Assembly (NCBI GenBank): GCA_045632165.1 | Contig: JAZQWD010000082.1 | Location: 1-44,456, forward strand | Origin: Acutalibacteraceae bacterium | GTDB lineage: Bacteria > Bacillota > Clostridia > Oscillospirales > Acutalibacteraceae | Direction of reading: 5' to 3' | Length of the DNA: 44,456 nt | In this document: piece after piece, positions 26,489-35,767 of the stretch | Layout: each line of letters begins with the position of its first letter | Position numbering within the stretch: the stretch's first letter is position 1 | Program-made: the position numbers and the translations under genes | The notes under the pieces: generated by a model | The model's input: only the letters and a program-made list of their open reading frames with translations | The model's database searches: none | What the model was told of the DNA's origin: nothing

Positions 26489-29400
26489 TTAAGCGCGCTT
26501 TTTCTTAAAGATAATTATACCTGCTACTGTGCCGCCTGCTACAATTAAAATAGCTGCAACCACAATAATGGCAATAACTACAACGGGTAATTTACCCTTT
26601 TCCTTAACGTTGGTATCATCGTTCTTTTCGGTTTCATCATCGCTGCCTTCGGTAAGCTTGATATAATTTTCAATATCCTCTTCGCTTCTGAAAGCGCCTG
26701 CCCATTTAACGTAAACAGTGTCGCCTTCCTGCGCAAGTGTGTCAGAAACCAAGTCAAGCTTCAATGCGCTCCAATTGCCGTCAAAGAAGAATGCGGCAGT
26801 GGGGTCTGCAGTACAGTCAATAATAACGGTTTGCCATTCGCTTGTGGGATTATAGCCCAAAAGCTTAACCTGACAGTCAGCCGATTCAATATCGTCTGCA
26901 AGATATTTTTCAACTGAATAGGTTGTGCGGTAATGTGCCCAACCGCCTGTAAGACTATCCTTTGAAAGCTTAACACGTAATGCGATAAAGGGATAATCGG
27001 TTGCCTTAAGATTAGCATTAACAGGTATTTTATCTCCTAAAATGACACGACCTGGTGTAACAGTAACCGCGCCGTCTTCGTTAGTATCGGTTACAGTTAC
27101 CTTCATAGCATTAGCGGCAAAGTCATATTCAAACTTGGTGTCGCCTGCGACTGATACGTGGTTGTTTATAACGTCACCCTTTGAAAGATCCCAGAAGAAC
27201 TTTGTGGGTGCCTTGCCGTCGGGGTCAGTGGATGTGTTTTTCTTTGGATTTTCAATGCCCGCATATTCATAAGCATCATCAGCGCTTGCAAATACACCTG
27301 CCCATTGAATATAGAATACATCATCCTTTGTAGGAACAAGGTTAGTATCCATAAGCTTCATAATTAAGCCAAACCAAGTGCCTGTGTAGGCATCGTCATA
27401 AGCCTCATAGCCCTTGGCATCAATTATCATATATTGCCATTCATCAGTAGCGTTGTACTGTTCAATGGGAAGCTGTACACGGAATTTGGTAGGATATTTA
27501 GAATTTGTACCCGCCCAAACCGAATTAAGAACAGAGGAAACGTTCTTTGTCTTAATCTTCATTGCGAATACAGGATAATCAGCAACATTGATTGCTTCGC
27601 CACGATCATACAATGCAACAACACCTGCATTTTTATCCTTATAATTCTTAGGTTCTACCTTTAATGCTTTTTCGGTCTTGTCATAAGAAACCTTTGTGTT
27701 AGAGTTGCCGTCACCCGCTACGTCACCGTTTTCAATCCAACCTGTTGTGTCAAACGACTGTGTAAAGTTATAGAAGAAAGGCGAGGGGTTGGGGTCAACA
27801 TATTCGGGCGGTACTTCCATACCTGCATAGGTGTAAGCATCCTTTGCGGTTTTAAATGCGCCTGCCCATTTAATAAATACGTAATCCTTTTCAGTCGGAA
27901 CTGCTTTTTCACCCAAAAGTCTTAAAAGGAAGCCGTCCCAATTACCTGTATAATATTCATTTTTAAAGTTTGTACCGTCAAACAACAAAAGTTGCCATTC
28001 GTTGTTGTGCTTATAGGTCTTAAGCACGTTTGAAATCATAAACTTGCTTCCGCCGTCGGGACGGTCGGTACCGGGTAATAAGCCACCAAGTGCACGGTCG
28101 GGGTTATTAAGCTTAACCATAACCGCCATAACGGGATATTCCTTAACCGAAACGGTTGCGTTTGCAAGAATTGAAAGTCGGCCTGCCTTAATATTTTCAG
28201 TGTCGGCTGCGCCAAGCTTTAAGGCTTTTTCGGTATCGTCATAAGCAAATGCTGTATTAGAACCGCCTTCAGCAAAAATTATTTTATTACCAAGCCAAAC
28301 ATTTGTATCAATCTTATTTGAGAAATCATAGAAGAAAGGTGGTGTAAGTTCTTCTTCTTCAACAGGTTTTTCCATATCAGCATAAGCGTAAACATCGTCA
28401 ACAGTCTTAAATGCGCCTGCCCACTGAATCCAGAATGCTTCACCTTGAGTTGCTAACTCAGAGTCGGTAAGCAAACGGAAAAGCATCGCTTTCCATTGAC
28501 CCTTAAAACCCTTATTGCCTGCGTTATCAAGAATAATAAGTTGCCAATCGCCTGTGGTTGCGTGGGTTGATTGATTTAAAAGGTCAGGACCGGAATAAAC
28601 ATATTTTTCACCGCTGTTTTGGGTGCCTGCCCATATGCCTGCAAACCCTTCATTTTTGGTGTTAACCTTAATCTTAACCGCATAAATGGGATAATCTGCA
28701 GTGTTTGTGGTTGTATTATTAGCTTCAATTGCTAATCTTGCTGCTTGACCCTTTGTAAAATCTTGTGGTGAAATTTTAAGTGCACGTTTTACAGGGTCGT
28801 ATGTAAATACGGTATTACCGCCGCCTCCACTGTGAATCGGTATACCGGTTTTACTCTTTATGTATGATATAGTAGTAGCGTGGTCACTAAAGTTATAGAA
28901 AAATCCTGATGGATCTTCCTTTCCGCTACCGTCCCCTATTTCAGAAGTTTCGGCACCGTCAAGACCAAAGGACTTAATATAATACTGTTCGGCTTCTTCG
29001 GTTGTCTTAAATGCGCCTGCCCATTCTACCCAACAAACATCATCTTCGGTAGGAGTAACGTTATTCGCCATAAGACGAACAATCATACCGTACCATTGAC
29101 CCGAATAATATGTATCGGTTGATTTTCTTCCATCATATAAAAGTAATTCCCAATCACCTGTACGGCTGTAGGTTTGGCAAACATCCTTTGCCTTATACTT
29201 ACTTGAAGAGCCGTTATTGTAAGTACCCGGCCAAATGCCACCAAAAGGACGGGTTGTATTTTTAGTCTTAATTTTAATTGCAATTACGGGGTATTCCTTA
29301 ACCTCGATACCTGCATTGTTTGAACGAATTTCAAAACGCGCAGCATCAACTGCGGTTAAATCCTTAGGAGAAATTTTAACAGCGCCTTCGGTTGCATCGT

Positions 29401-30646
29401 AAGCAACTGTGGTGTTTTTACAGTCGCCTGCACCGATTTTGCCGTTTTTAATGTAAGCTGCAGCGTCATCAGCGTCGCTGAAATTATAAAGGAAGGGTGA
29501 TTCAGTTTCGCCGTAAGCGCAAGCTTCCTCAACTGTTTGGAAAACGCCTGCCCATTGAATCCACATAGCATCGCCTGCAGTTGCGGTAACATTATTGGCT
29601 GCTAAAGCACCAAGTATGGTGTTCCAAACGCCGCCATATTTCGGATTATTCATGCTTGAACCGTCAAATACAATTAACTGCCAATCGCCCGTTTCGGCAA
29701 TATCAGCTGCAACATAGCCTGTGCCGTAAATACTGCCGCCTTGACCGTGGTCACAGCCCGCAGCCATACCGCCGAAATTAAGGGCAGGGTTAGAAAATTT
29801 AACCTTCATAGCCATTACGGGGTATTTCGCAACTGTAGCCGCTTTGTTGCCGCCTGTAGGAATTCTGAAACGGTTAGCGTTTGTACCGGTTGATGTAATT
29901 TTAACTGCGCCTTCGTTTGTGTCGTAAGCAATGGTTGTACCGGCATCGTTAACAAGTCGGCCGTCTGCCATAAGCTTTTCAGCATCAGTTTTTTCAGTAA
30001 AATCATAAAAGAAAGGTGTGGGCGCCATTGAAGTATCATAAGCGTAAACCTCTTCAACCGACTTAAACACGCCTGCCCATTGAATCCAAGTATAGTCAGT
30101 ATCATTAGGAACATCGGCATCAGCCATTAAACGAACAATAATGCTGTCCCATTGGCCCTTATATCCTGCTCTGTCAGAATTTGTGCCATCATATATAATT
30201 AATTCCCAAGTACCTGTACGGTTGTATGTTGTACAAACATCACCGCTGGAATAAATGCTTGACTGACCGCTGTTTTTTGTGCCGGGCCAAATACCGCTGG
30301 TATTGCGGTTGCGGTTATTTGCCTTAACCTTAAATGCAATTACAGGGTAATCAGCCACGTTTGTGGTTTTGTTAGCCATACCCATTGTAAACTGACAAGC
30401 CTTGTTTTTTGTGATGTCTTTAGGTGAAACCTTAAGGGCTTGTTCCTGAGCATCATACTCAAACTTAGTGTTACCATTAAATTCAAGTATTCTAAGGCCA
30501 ACCCATTTGTCAGTTTCGGCTTTAGTTGTAAAATTATAAAGCGCGGGGGAAGTTGTAGCAGTTTCATTTGCAAACGTTGTAAAAGATACTGCGCAGCAGG
30601 TAGCAACTAATGCTACTACACATAAAATCGCTAATAGTTTTTTCAT
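26489..30646 (-). CDS. 1385-aa cell-surface protein: signal peptide, 7 tandem domains of about 175-200 aa from an unrecognised family, an acidic linker and a C-terminal TM anchor
   Basis: The signal peptide is MKKLLAILCVVALVATCCAVSFTTFA/NE. There are seven copies of a module with four recurring elements: PFFY(N/D)F at its start, YP(V/I)xAxK(V/I)K, W(E/Q)L(I/L)(I/L)(Y/F)DG, and a terminal W(I/V)(Q/E/K)WAG(V/A)F(K/Q)(S/T)xE(E/D)xYxY. The C-terminus is KEKGKLPVVVIAIIVVAAILIVAGGTVAGIIIFKKKRA. An AGGAGG RBS is present. Confidence 0.85.
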   Translation of the reverse strand: MKKLLAILCVVALVATCCAVSFTTFANETATTSPALYNFTTKAETDKWVGLRILEFNGNTKFEYDAQEQALKVSPKDITKNKACQFTMGMANKTTNVADYPVIAFKVKANNRNRNTSGIWPGTKNSGQSSIYSSGDVCTTYNRTGTWELIIYDGTNSDRAGYKGQWDSIIVRLMADADVPNDTDYTWIQWAGVFKSVEEVYAYDTSMAPTPFFYDFTEKTDAEKLMADGRLVNDAGTTIAYDTNEGAVKITSTGTNANRFRIPTGGNKAATVAKYPVMAMKVKFSNPALNFGGMAAGCDHGQGGSIYGTGYVAADIAETGDWQLIVFDGSSMNNPKYGGVWNTILGALAANNVTATAGDAMWIQWAGVFQTVEEACAYGETESPFLYNFSDADDAAAYIKNGKIGAGDCKNTTVAYDATEGAVKISPKDLTAVDAARFEIRSNNAGIEVKEYPVIAIKIKTKNTTRPFGGIWPGTYNNGSSSKYKAKDVCQTYSRTGDWELLLYDGRKSTDTYYSGQWYGMIVRLMANNVTPTEDDVCWVEWAGAFKTTEEAEQYYIKSFGLDGAETSEIGDGSGKEDPSGFFYNFSDHATTISYIKSKTGIPIHSGGGGNTVFTYDPVKRALKISPQDFTKGQAARLAIEANNTTTNTADYPIYAVKIKVNTKNEGFAGIWAGTQNSGEKYVYSGPDLLNQSTHATTGDWQLIILDNAGNKGFKGQWKAMLFRLLTDSELATQGEAFWIQWAGAFKTVDDVYAYADMEKPVEEEELTPPFFYDFSNKIDTNVWLGNKIIFAEGGSNTAFAYDDTEKALKLGAADTENIKAGRLSILANATVSVKEYPVMAVMVKLNNPDRALGGLLPGTDRPDGGSKFMISNVLKTYKHNNEWQLLLFDGTNFKNEYYTGNWDGFLLRLLGEKAVPTEKDYVFIKWAGAFKTAKDAYTYAGMEVPPEYVDPNPSPFFYNFTQSFDTTGWIENGDVAGDGNSNTKVSYDKTEKALKVEPKNYKDKNAGVVALYDRGEAINVADYPVFAMKIKTKNVSSVLNSVWAGTNSKYPTKFRVQLPIEQYNATDEWQYMIIDAKGYEAYDDAYTGTWFGLIMKLMDTNLVPTKDDVFYIQWAGVFASADDAYEYAGIENPKKNTSTDPDGKAPTKFFWDLSKGDVINNHVSVAGDTKFEYDFAANAMKVTVTDTNEDGAVTVTPGRVILGDKIPVNANLKATDYPFIALRVKLSKDSLTGGWAHYRTTYSVEKYLADDIESADCQVKLLGYNPTSEWQTVIIDCTADPTAAFFFDGNWSALKLDLVSDTLAQEGDTVYVKWAGAFRSEEDIENYIKLTEGSDDETEKNDDTNVKEKGKLPVVVIAIIVVAAILIVAGGTVAGIIIFKKKRA
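26660..30547 (-). repeat. Seven tandem protein-domain repeats (period 525-600 nt) inside the surface-protein gene
   Basis: The WxxWAG codon block (plus-strand gcctgcccaNNNNNNcca-like) occurs at 30071, 29546, 29015, 28415, 27860, 27296 and 26696. The spacings are 525, 531, 600, 555, 564 and 600 nt. Confidence 0.85.
30010..30646 (-). repeat. Left arm of an inverted duplication (5-prime end and first domain of the repeat-protein gene)
   Basis: The reverse complement aligns colinearly with 43098-43735. By eye, identity is roughly 80-88 percent. Exact runs of about 19-29 nt include atgaaaaaactattagcgattttatgt, gaaactgctacaacttcccccgcgcttta and ggtatggctaacaaaaccacaaa. Confidence 0.8.
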
Positions 30647-30667
30647 ATTTACGCCTCCTATTTTAAT

Positions 30668-31630
30668 TTATATGTAATTTGAAATATCGTGCTTGTTTTG
30701 TTTCATAAACGCAACTACATCTTCTATAATGGGCAGACTTGGTTGTGCACCCATACATGAAACGGTAATGCCTGCTGTGTGGTTAGCAAACAAAAGGGCT
30801 TGCTCTACCGTGTCACCAAGACAAATTGCGGTACAAAAAGCGCCCACAAAGCTGTCGCCTGCAGCGGTAGGGTCAACTGTTATGCCAAAATCGACAGATG
30901 GACTTGACCAAAAGTTGCCTTCATTTGCAAAAACTGCGCCCTGCTTACCCATTGTGATAAGCACGTTTTTAACACCTTTATCAAGTAAAATCTGTGCGGC
31001 CGCCTTCGCCGATGAAATATCCTTAACGGCAACACCCGTCATATCGGAAGCTTCATGCTCGTTAGGTGATATATATGTAAGGCATTTAAGCAGCTCATCA
31101 GGAAGCGGTGCCGACGGTGCCGAGTTGAGCATCACCGGAACACCCTTTTCAAAAGCTAACTTTGCCACTGCAACATTAACATCCATCGGTATTTCAAGCT
31201 GCAAAATCACCATATCATATTTTGAAATTATATCTTTCAAAAAACAAATTTCATCAGGTGTTATATCCATATTGGCACCGGGAATTACCATAATACGATT
31301 AGCTGTGCCATTTTCCGTAACTTCAAGCTGAATATTACCAACCGCGGTTGAGCAAGTGTCTGAAAATAATACGTTGCTTGTATCAACCTGTGAATCCTCT
31401 AGCGAACGTAATATTTGCCGTCCAAAATCATCACGGCCCAGCTTTCCAACCATAGATACTTTTGCACCAAGACGAGCCGCCTGTACAGCTTGATTAGCGC
31501 CTTTTCCACCGGGGGCAGTTGCAAAGCTTGTGCCCAGTACCGTTTCACCGCTTTGCGGAAAACGGCTTGCAGAACAAATCAAGTCCATCACAAAACTGCC
31601 AACCACTAATATTTTAGGAGATTTTTTCAA
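30668..31630 (-). CDS. rbsK: Ribokinase (PfkB family)
   Basis: It closely resembles E. coli RbsK along its whole length. Matching blocks are GSFVMDL...FPQSGETVLG..F..APGGKGANQAVQAARLG, NSAP, ISPNEHEA and DPTAAGDSFVGAF. The start is TTG with a GGGGGAG RBS. This is the first gene of the long minus-strand array, 21 nt upstream of the repeat-protein gene. Confidence 0.8.
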   Translation of the reverse strand: MKKSPKILVVGSFVMDLICSASRFPQSGETVLGTSFATAPGGKGANQAVQAARLGAKVSMVGKLGRDDFGRQILRSLEDSQVDTSNVLFSDTCSTAVGNIQLEVTENGTANRIMVIPGANMDITPDEICFLKDIISKYDMVILQLEIPMDVNVAVAKLAFEKGVPVMLNSAPSAPLPDELLKCLTYISPNEHEASDMTGVAVKDISSAKAAAQILLDKGVKNVLITMGKQGAVFANEGNFWSSPSVDFGITVDPTAAGDSFVGAFCTAICLGDTVEQALLFANHTAGITVSCMGAQPSLPIIEDVVAFMKQNKHDISNYI

Positions 31631-31688
31631 ATCAAATTCACTCCCCCATCGTTATTTTATTCAAATATACCATATTTTCGCAAAAAAG

Positions 31689-31703
31689 TCTCGCCATTAT
31701 GCA
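31689..31703 (-). promoter_or_regulatory. Candidate shared operator or promoter element TGCATAATGGCGAGA (read on the minus strand), upstream of the ribokinase-led array
   Basis: The same sequence, GCA(A/T)AATGGCGAGA with 13/14 identical, occurs in the matching orientation at 40727-40740, upstream of the SIS/FucU/BNR/repeat-protein operon. It is GC-rich against an AT-rich intergenic background. Confidence 0.3.
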
Positions 31704-31710
31704 ACTAATG

Positions 31711-31739
31711 ATGGACATTTTTTGTCTTTTGTGTTATAA
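31711..31739 (+). promoter_or_regulatory. Sigma-A-type promoter for the AraC gene (TGGACA, 17-nt spacer, TATAAT, with a TGn extension)
   Basis: tggaca (31711-31716) is followed by a 17-nt spacer ending in tgt, then tataat (31734-31739). The GAGGTGA RBS and TTG start lie just downstream. Confidence 0.45.
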
Positions 31740-31758
31740 TGCACTTGAGGTGAAAGAT

Positions 31759-32670
31759 TTGGCAATACAAGAAATAAGACAATACCAAAACAATTTTGAA
31801 GTTTGGCACTCAATCTATACGAATATGACTTTTTTAGCACACCAACACACTGAAGTTGAACTAATTCGTGTGCGTTCGGGTACATCATGCATAACTGTGA
31901 ATAATCAGGTGTTTTCCCTCAAAGAAGGTGACCTGCTTTTATGCCAAAGCGGAAGTATTCATTTTAGCGATTCTACTGAGGTTAAAAACGAACTTGAATT
32001 TTTGATTTTTAACCCCGCACTTGTTAAAAGCCGACATGCGACTTTATCACTATCTACGCGTCTTTTCACTGCGGAAAAACTTAAAAGATATAATATGCTG
32101 ACTGCCACCCAGAAACTTTTCAGCGAGATTTCTTCAGAACTTGCTGCGCGTGATGTTTTTTATGAAAAAATCGTACTCAACACACTTCAAACCTTTTTAT
32201 GTAAATTACAACGTTATTCGCCTGTTTTATCATCAGATGAAACTGAAACACTGGTTAAACATTCCCCTTTTATATCAGAAGCCATACATTATATGGAAGC
32301 ACACCTTTCCGAAGAACTCACTCTTGAACAAGTAGCAGCAAACATTAATCTTGAAGCTGGCTATTTTTCGCGTATTTTCAAGCAGTATGTTGGTTTGAAT
32401 TTTGTAAAATATCGCAACCTACTGCGAATCAATAATGCAATACTTTTACTACAAGAAACAAATAAATCAATAAGCGATATTGCATATGATTGCGGTTTCC
32501 AAAACATACGAACCTTTAACAGAGTTTTCTTACAATACACCCAAAAAAATCCAATGGATTTTCGCCGCGATCCAGAACTTGTTTGCCCCGTTAATCTTCA
32601 CCCGCACAAGAAAAACTCGGTTTCAATTGAGGTTATTGGCGATTCGCCAGTTGTTATGTTTGATAATTAA
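31759..32670 (+). CDS. AraC family transcriptional regulator, divergent from the 24-kb array
   Basis: The C-terminal HTH pair reads VAANINLEAGYFSRIFKQYVGLNF...ISDIAYDCGFQNIRTFNRVFLQYTQKNPMDF. I prefer TTG 31759 (GAGGTGA RBS 5 nt upstream) over the track ATG at 31699, which would lie upstream of the predicted -10 element. Confidence 0.8.
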   Translation: MAIQEIRQYQNNFEVWHSIYTNMTFLAHQHTEVELIRVRSGTSCITVNNQVFSLKEGDLLLCQSGSIHFSDSTEVKNELEFLIFNPALVKSRHATLSLSTRLFTAEKLKRYNMLTATQKLFSEISSELAARDVFYEKIVLNTLQTFLCKLQRYSPVLSSDETETLVKHSPFISEAIHYMEAHLSEELTLEQVAANINLEAGYFSRIFKQYVGLNFVKYRNLLRINNAILLLQETNKSISDIAYDCGFQNIRTFNRVFLQYTQKNPMDFRRDPELVCPVNLHPHKKNSVSIEVIGDSPVVMFDN

Positions 32671-32675
32671 GCACA

Positions 32676-32717
32676 AAAGCCAAGACGAAAAAATTGTCTT
32701 GGCTTTAATTAATTTTT
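32676..32717 (+). terminator. Rho-independent terminator after the AraC gene
   Basis: The stem is 11 bp: aaagccaagac (32676-32686) pairs with gtcttggcttt (32696-32706). It is followed by aattaattttt. Confidence 0.55.
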
Positions 32718-32831
32718 GACACAAAAATCTTGATTTGTTCGAATTTTCCTTATATAAGTGTTGCGCTTGGTTTGACAATTCATCATAACTATATGTGCTA
32801 TAAAAAGGTCTAATATTGAATATCGATTCAC

Positions 32832-32860
32832 TTGTAAAGCTATTTTTGTTATGCTATAAT
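32832..32860 (+). promoter_or_regulatory. Sigma-A-type promoter for the amino-sugar operon (TTGTAA, 17-nt spacer, TATAAT, with a TGn extension)
   Basis: ttgtaa (32832-32837) is followed by a 17-nt spacer, and tgc precedes tataat (32855-32860). It lies about 22 nt upstream of the GGAGG RBS. Confidence 0.5.
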
Positions 32861-32894
32861 TCAACTGTAAAAATGTACGGTGGAGGTCCTTAGA

Positions 32895-33923
32895 TTGAGC
32901 TTTGATAACCGTGGAATTATTATAGCAGGCAATATTATAACCGATGTTGTTAAAACCGTTGACTGTTATCCTCAAATCGGTATGCTTGCCAATATTTCAA
33001 GCGTTAGTCGTGCGGTTGGCGGTTGTGTTCCCAATACAGCAATTGACCTTAAAAAAATTGACGATAATATAAAGGTTTCGGCCATAGGTAAAATCGGTAA
33101 CGATGATAGCGGCGAGTATATACTTTCACAGTTTAAACGCTATGGAATTTTGTTTGACAAGGTTAAGCGTTCTCAAACAAAACCGACAAGCTTTAGCGAT
33201 GTAATAAGTTTACCATCAGGTGAACGCACCTTCTTTCACGCAAGGGGTGCTAATGCTGAGTTTTCACCCAAGGATATTGATTTAGACAACCTCGAATGCG
33301 ATATTTTTCATATTGGTTACATACTCTTACTTGACAGTATGGACAAAGCTGACAATGAATATGGTACCGCTATGGCGCGTCTTTTAAAGTCTGTTCAGGA
33401 AAAAGGAATTAAAACCTCTATTGATGTTGTAAGTGACAGTACTGCCGATTATAAAGCAAAAATCGTTCCTGCGCTTAAATATAGTAATTATGCCATTATG
33501 AACGAGGTTGAAAGCTGTATGCTGTCAGATTTAAGCCCATATAATGCCGACAAATCAATAAATACCGAAAATATTCGCAAAACAATGGAAGCTATGGCCG
33601 AATACGGTGTTAAGGACAAAGTTATTATACACTGTAAGGATGCCGGTTTTTGCTATGATGTACAGTCTCAAAGCTTTACTGCTGTTTCCTCTTTGAATAT
33701 TCCGAAAGAGGAAATCCTTGGCAGTGTTGGAGCTGGTGATGCATTTTGTGCAGGTGCACTTTACGGTATTTATAACCATTTTACAGATTATGAAATTTTA
33801 AACTTTGCTTCAGCCGCCGCTGCTTGCAATTTGTTTTGCGAAAATTCAGTTGATGGTATGAAGTCAAGAGAAGAAATTTATAAAATTGCTAAAAAATATG
33901 GCAGGAAAGAGGATGTATTATGA
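32895..33923 (+). CDS. PfkB family carbohydrate (ketose or ketose-phosphate) kinase
   Basis: The nucleotide-site motif is GSVGAGDAFCAGALYG. The N-terminal sugar-site block is GGCVPNTAIDL...IGKIGNDDSG. I prefer TTG 32895, 8 nt after GGAGG, over the track GTG at 32880. Confidence 0.75.
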   Translation: MSFDNRGIIIAGNIITDVVKTVDCYPQIGMLANISSVSRAVGGCVPNTAIDLKKIDDNIKVSAIGKIGNDDSGEYILSQFKRYGILFDKVKRSQTKPTSFSDVISLPSGERTFFHARGANAEFSPKDIDLDNLECDIFHIGYILLLDSMDKADNEYGTAMARLLKSVQEKGIKTSIDVVSDSTADYKAKIVPALKYSNYAIMNEVESCMLSDLSPYNADKSINTENIRKTMEAMAEYGVKDKVIIHCKDAGFCYDVQSQSFTAVSSLNIPKEEILGSVGAGDAFCAGALYGIYNHFTDYEILNFASAAAACNLFCENSVDGMKSREEIYKIAKKYGRKEDVL

Positions 33924-34756
33924 TAGTAAATCTCAACGATGTGCTTAAAAAAGCGCAAGCCGAGCATTATGGTGTGGGTCTTTTCAATACTACAGATACC
34001 GATATGGCTGAAGCGGTAATTTCTGCAGCTGAAGAAATGAATTCACCCGTTATAATCGGTACTGCTGAAGTGCTTTTGCCTTATGGCGAATTAAAACTCA
34101 TTGCACCTTCAATTCGTGCGTTAGCTGAACGAGCAAAGGTTCCCGTTGTGCTACATTACGACCACGGTTTAACCTTTGACCGTTGTATTGAGGCCTTAAA
34201 ACTTGGCTTTTCAAGTATTATGTTTGATGGTTCTGCAGGGGACAGCAAACAAAATATTGCCAACACAGCCGAAATAGTTAAAATTGCACATTCCTTTGGT
34301 GCTTCGGTTGAAGGCGAAATCGGTCATGTTGGTCAGGCTTCAAGCGGTGATGGCGAGCTTACAAACATGTATACCACACCCGAAGAAGCTAGAGCTTTTG
34401 TTGAAGCAACCGGTGTTGATGCTTTGGCTGTTGCAATAGGTACGGCTCACGGTATTTATAAAACAAAACCTCGTTTGGATATTGAAAGACTTAAAGAAAT
34501 TCGCGCTGCTATTGATACTCCTTTGGTGCTTCATGGCGGTTCAGGGTTAAGTGATGACGATTTCAGAAATACAATTGCAGGCGGTATTGCCAAGGTTAAT
34601 ATATTTACTGATCTTTGTGTTGCCGGTGTTCGCGCTATGGAGAAGGGTATTGCCGAGAATAAAGACTACCTTGAAATACGCAATATGAAGGTTTTAGAAA
34701 TCAAAAATACCGTAATGAAAAAAATGGAGCTTTTTGGCTCTAAAGATAAGGCATAA
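33920..34756 (+). CDS. Class II (metal-dependent) ketose-bisphosphate aldolase (FBA/tagatose-bisphosphate aldolase family)
   Basis: Supporting motifs are HYDHG, FDGS, EGEIGHVG and VLHGGSG. The ATGA start/stop overlap with the kinase gene implies translational coupling. Confidence 0.85.
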   Translation: MIVNLNDVLKKAQAEHYGVGLFNTTDTDMAEAVISAAEEMNSPVIIGTAEVLLPYGELKLIAPSIRALAERAKVPVVLHYDHGLTFDRCIEALKLGFSSIMFDGSAGDSKQNIANTAEIVKIAHSFGASVEGEIGHVGQASSGDGELTNMYTTPEEARAFVEATGVDALAVAIGTAHGIYKTKPRLDIERLKEIRAAIDTPLVLHGGSGLSDDDFRNTIAGGIAKVNIFTDLCVAGVRAMEKGIAENKDYLEIRNMKVLEIKNTVMKKMELFGSKDKA

Positions 34757-34786
34757 ATAAGATATTATTTTTAAGGAGAATGAACT

Positions 34787-35734
34787 ATGGATTTTAACTC
34801 AACTGTAAAAGGTTCAGCACTCGAAGGCTTTTATCCTGCAGGGTGGGACTTTGAAAAAATTGATGCTTGTATTGATACCCCTGAAACTATTACCGAACAT
34901 CAAGCACATTGGAATAAGGATTTTACACCCATTAAGTGCGACAGTCTTGGTGAATTTGAGACCTATATGGGTCACGAAATTGCAATGCAAATAAAGCTTG
35001 CCAAAGAAAGAAATGAAAAAATCGCTTTCATTTTACCCGTTGGCCCTATGGGTATGTATAAATGGGTTGTATATTTCTTAAAAGCTTGGAATGTTTCTTG
35101 CAATCATGTTTACACCTTTAATATGGATGAATGGGCCGATGGTGAAGGAAACACACTTCCTTCGGATAATACAGGATCCTTTAAATATGCTATGGAACAA
35201 GCATTGTTTGGCCCTTTGGGTGAGCTTACCGTTCCTGAAAATCAACGTAACTTTGCCCTTAAGGATAATCTTCCTACATACCCTGAAAAAATTGCTAAAT
35301 TAAAGGCCGAAGGCGCAAAGCTTGTTTTAGTTTATGGTATTGGCAGAATGTGCCATATAGCTTTCTGGGAACCCACCTTTGCGGCCGATTATAACACTGC
35401 TGAAGAATGGGAAGCAGCACCTTATAGGATTGGTGCTAAAATTCATCCCTTAACTGTTGAGCAAAACGCTTTAACAAGCTTTAAATCAAGAACACCGCTT
35501 GTTCCTTGCCGAGCAAATACAATTGGCCCCGGCATATTCTTAAAGGCCGATTATGCAATTGGTGGTGCGGATGGTATACTTGGTCGCGGAATGCAATGGC
35601 AAGGTCTTTCACTTTGGATGACACTTCGCCACGAAAAAACCCCTTGGATTACTTCGACATATATTCCCACAATTCCCGGCAAGCTTTTCTTCCTTAAAGA
35701 GCTTGCAGGTCCACTTGAAGCTGAATGTAACTAA
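34787..35734 (+). CDS. NagB/AgaI-like sugar-6-phosphate deaminase/isomerase family protein (atypical, 315 aa)
   Basis: FILPVGPMG matches LGLPTGGTP, TFNMDEW matches TFNMDEY, and [13 protein letters not shown] matches GVGNDGHIAFNEP of E. coli NagB. The Asp/His/Glu positions are conserved. There is an extra N-terminal region of about 70 aa. Confidence 0.7.
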   Translation: MDFNSTVKGSALEGFYPAGWDFEKIDACIDTPETITEHQAHWNKDFTPIKCDSLGEFETYMGHEIAMQIKLAKERNEKIAFILPVGPMGMYKWVVYFLKAWNVSCNHVYTFNMDEWADGEGNTLPSDNTGSFKYAMEQALFGPLGELTVPENQRNFALKDNLPTYPEKIAKLKAEGAKLVLVYGIGRMCHIAFWEPTFAADYNTAEEWEAAPYRIGAKIHPLTVEQNALTSFKSRTPLVPCRANTIGPGIFLKADYAIGGADGILGRGMQWQGLSLWMTLRHEKTPWITSTYIPTIPGKLFFLKELAGPLEAECN

Positions 35735-35767
35735 ATATAACTATCATACTGCAAAGGAGTATATTAA

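Noticed and set aside
26489-30646. Periodic nucleotide repeats that might suggest a CRISPR array or satellite, plus many short same-strand and antisense ORFs in the track (for example 26761-27018, 29815-30120, 30340-30606)
   Set aside because: The periodicity is 525-600 nt and lies entirely within one long open frame that encodes diverged protein domains. There are no short direct repeats with unique spacers. The small ORFs are alternative-frame artefacts.
30693-31331. 212-aa plus-strand ORF
   Set aside because: It is antisense to the ribokinase gene, which matches RbsK along its full length. The antisense product is Ala/Ser/Thr-rich and carries no motifs.
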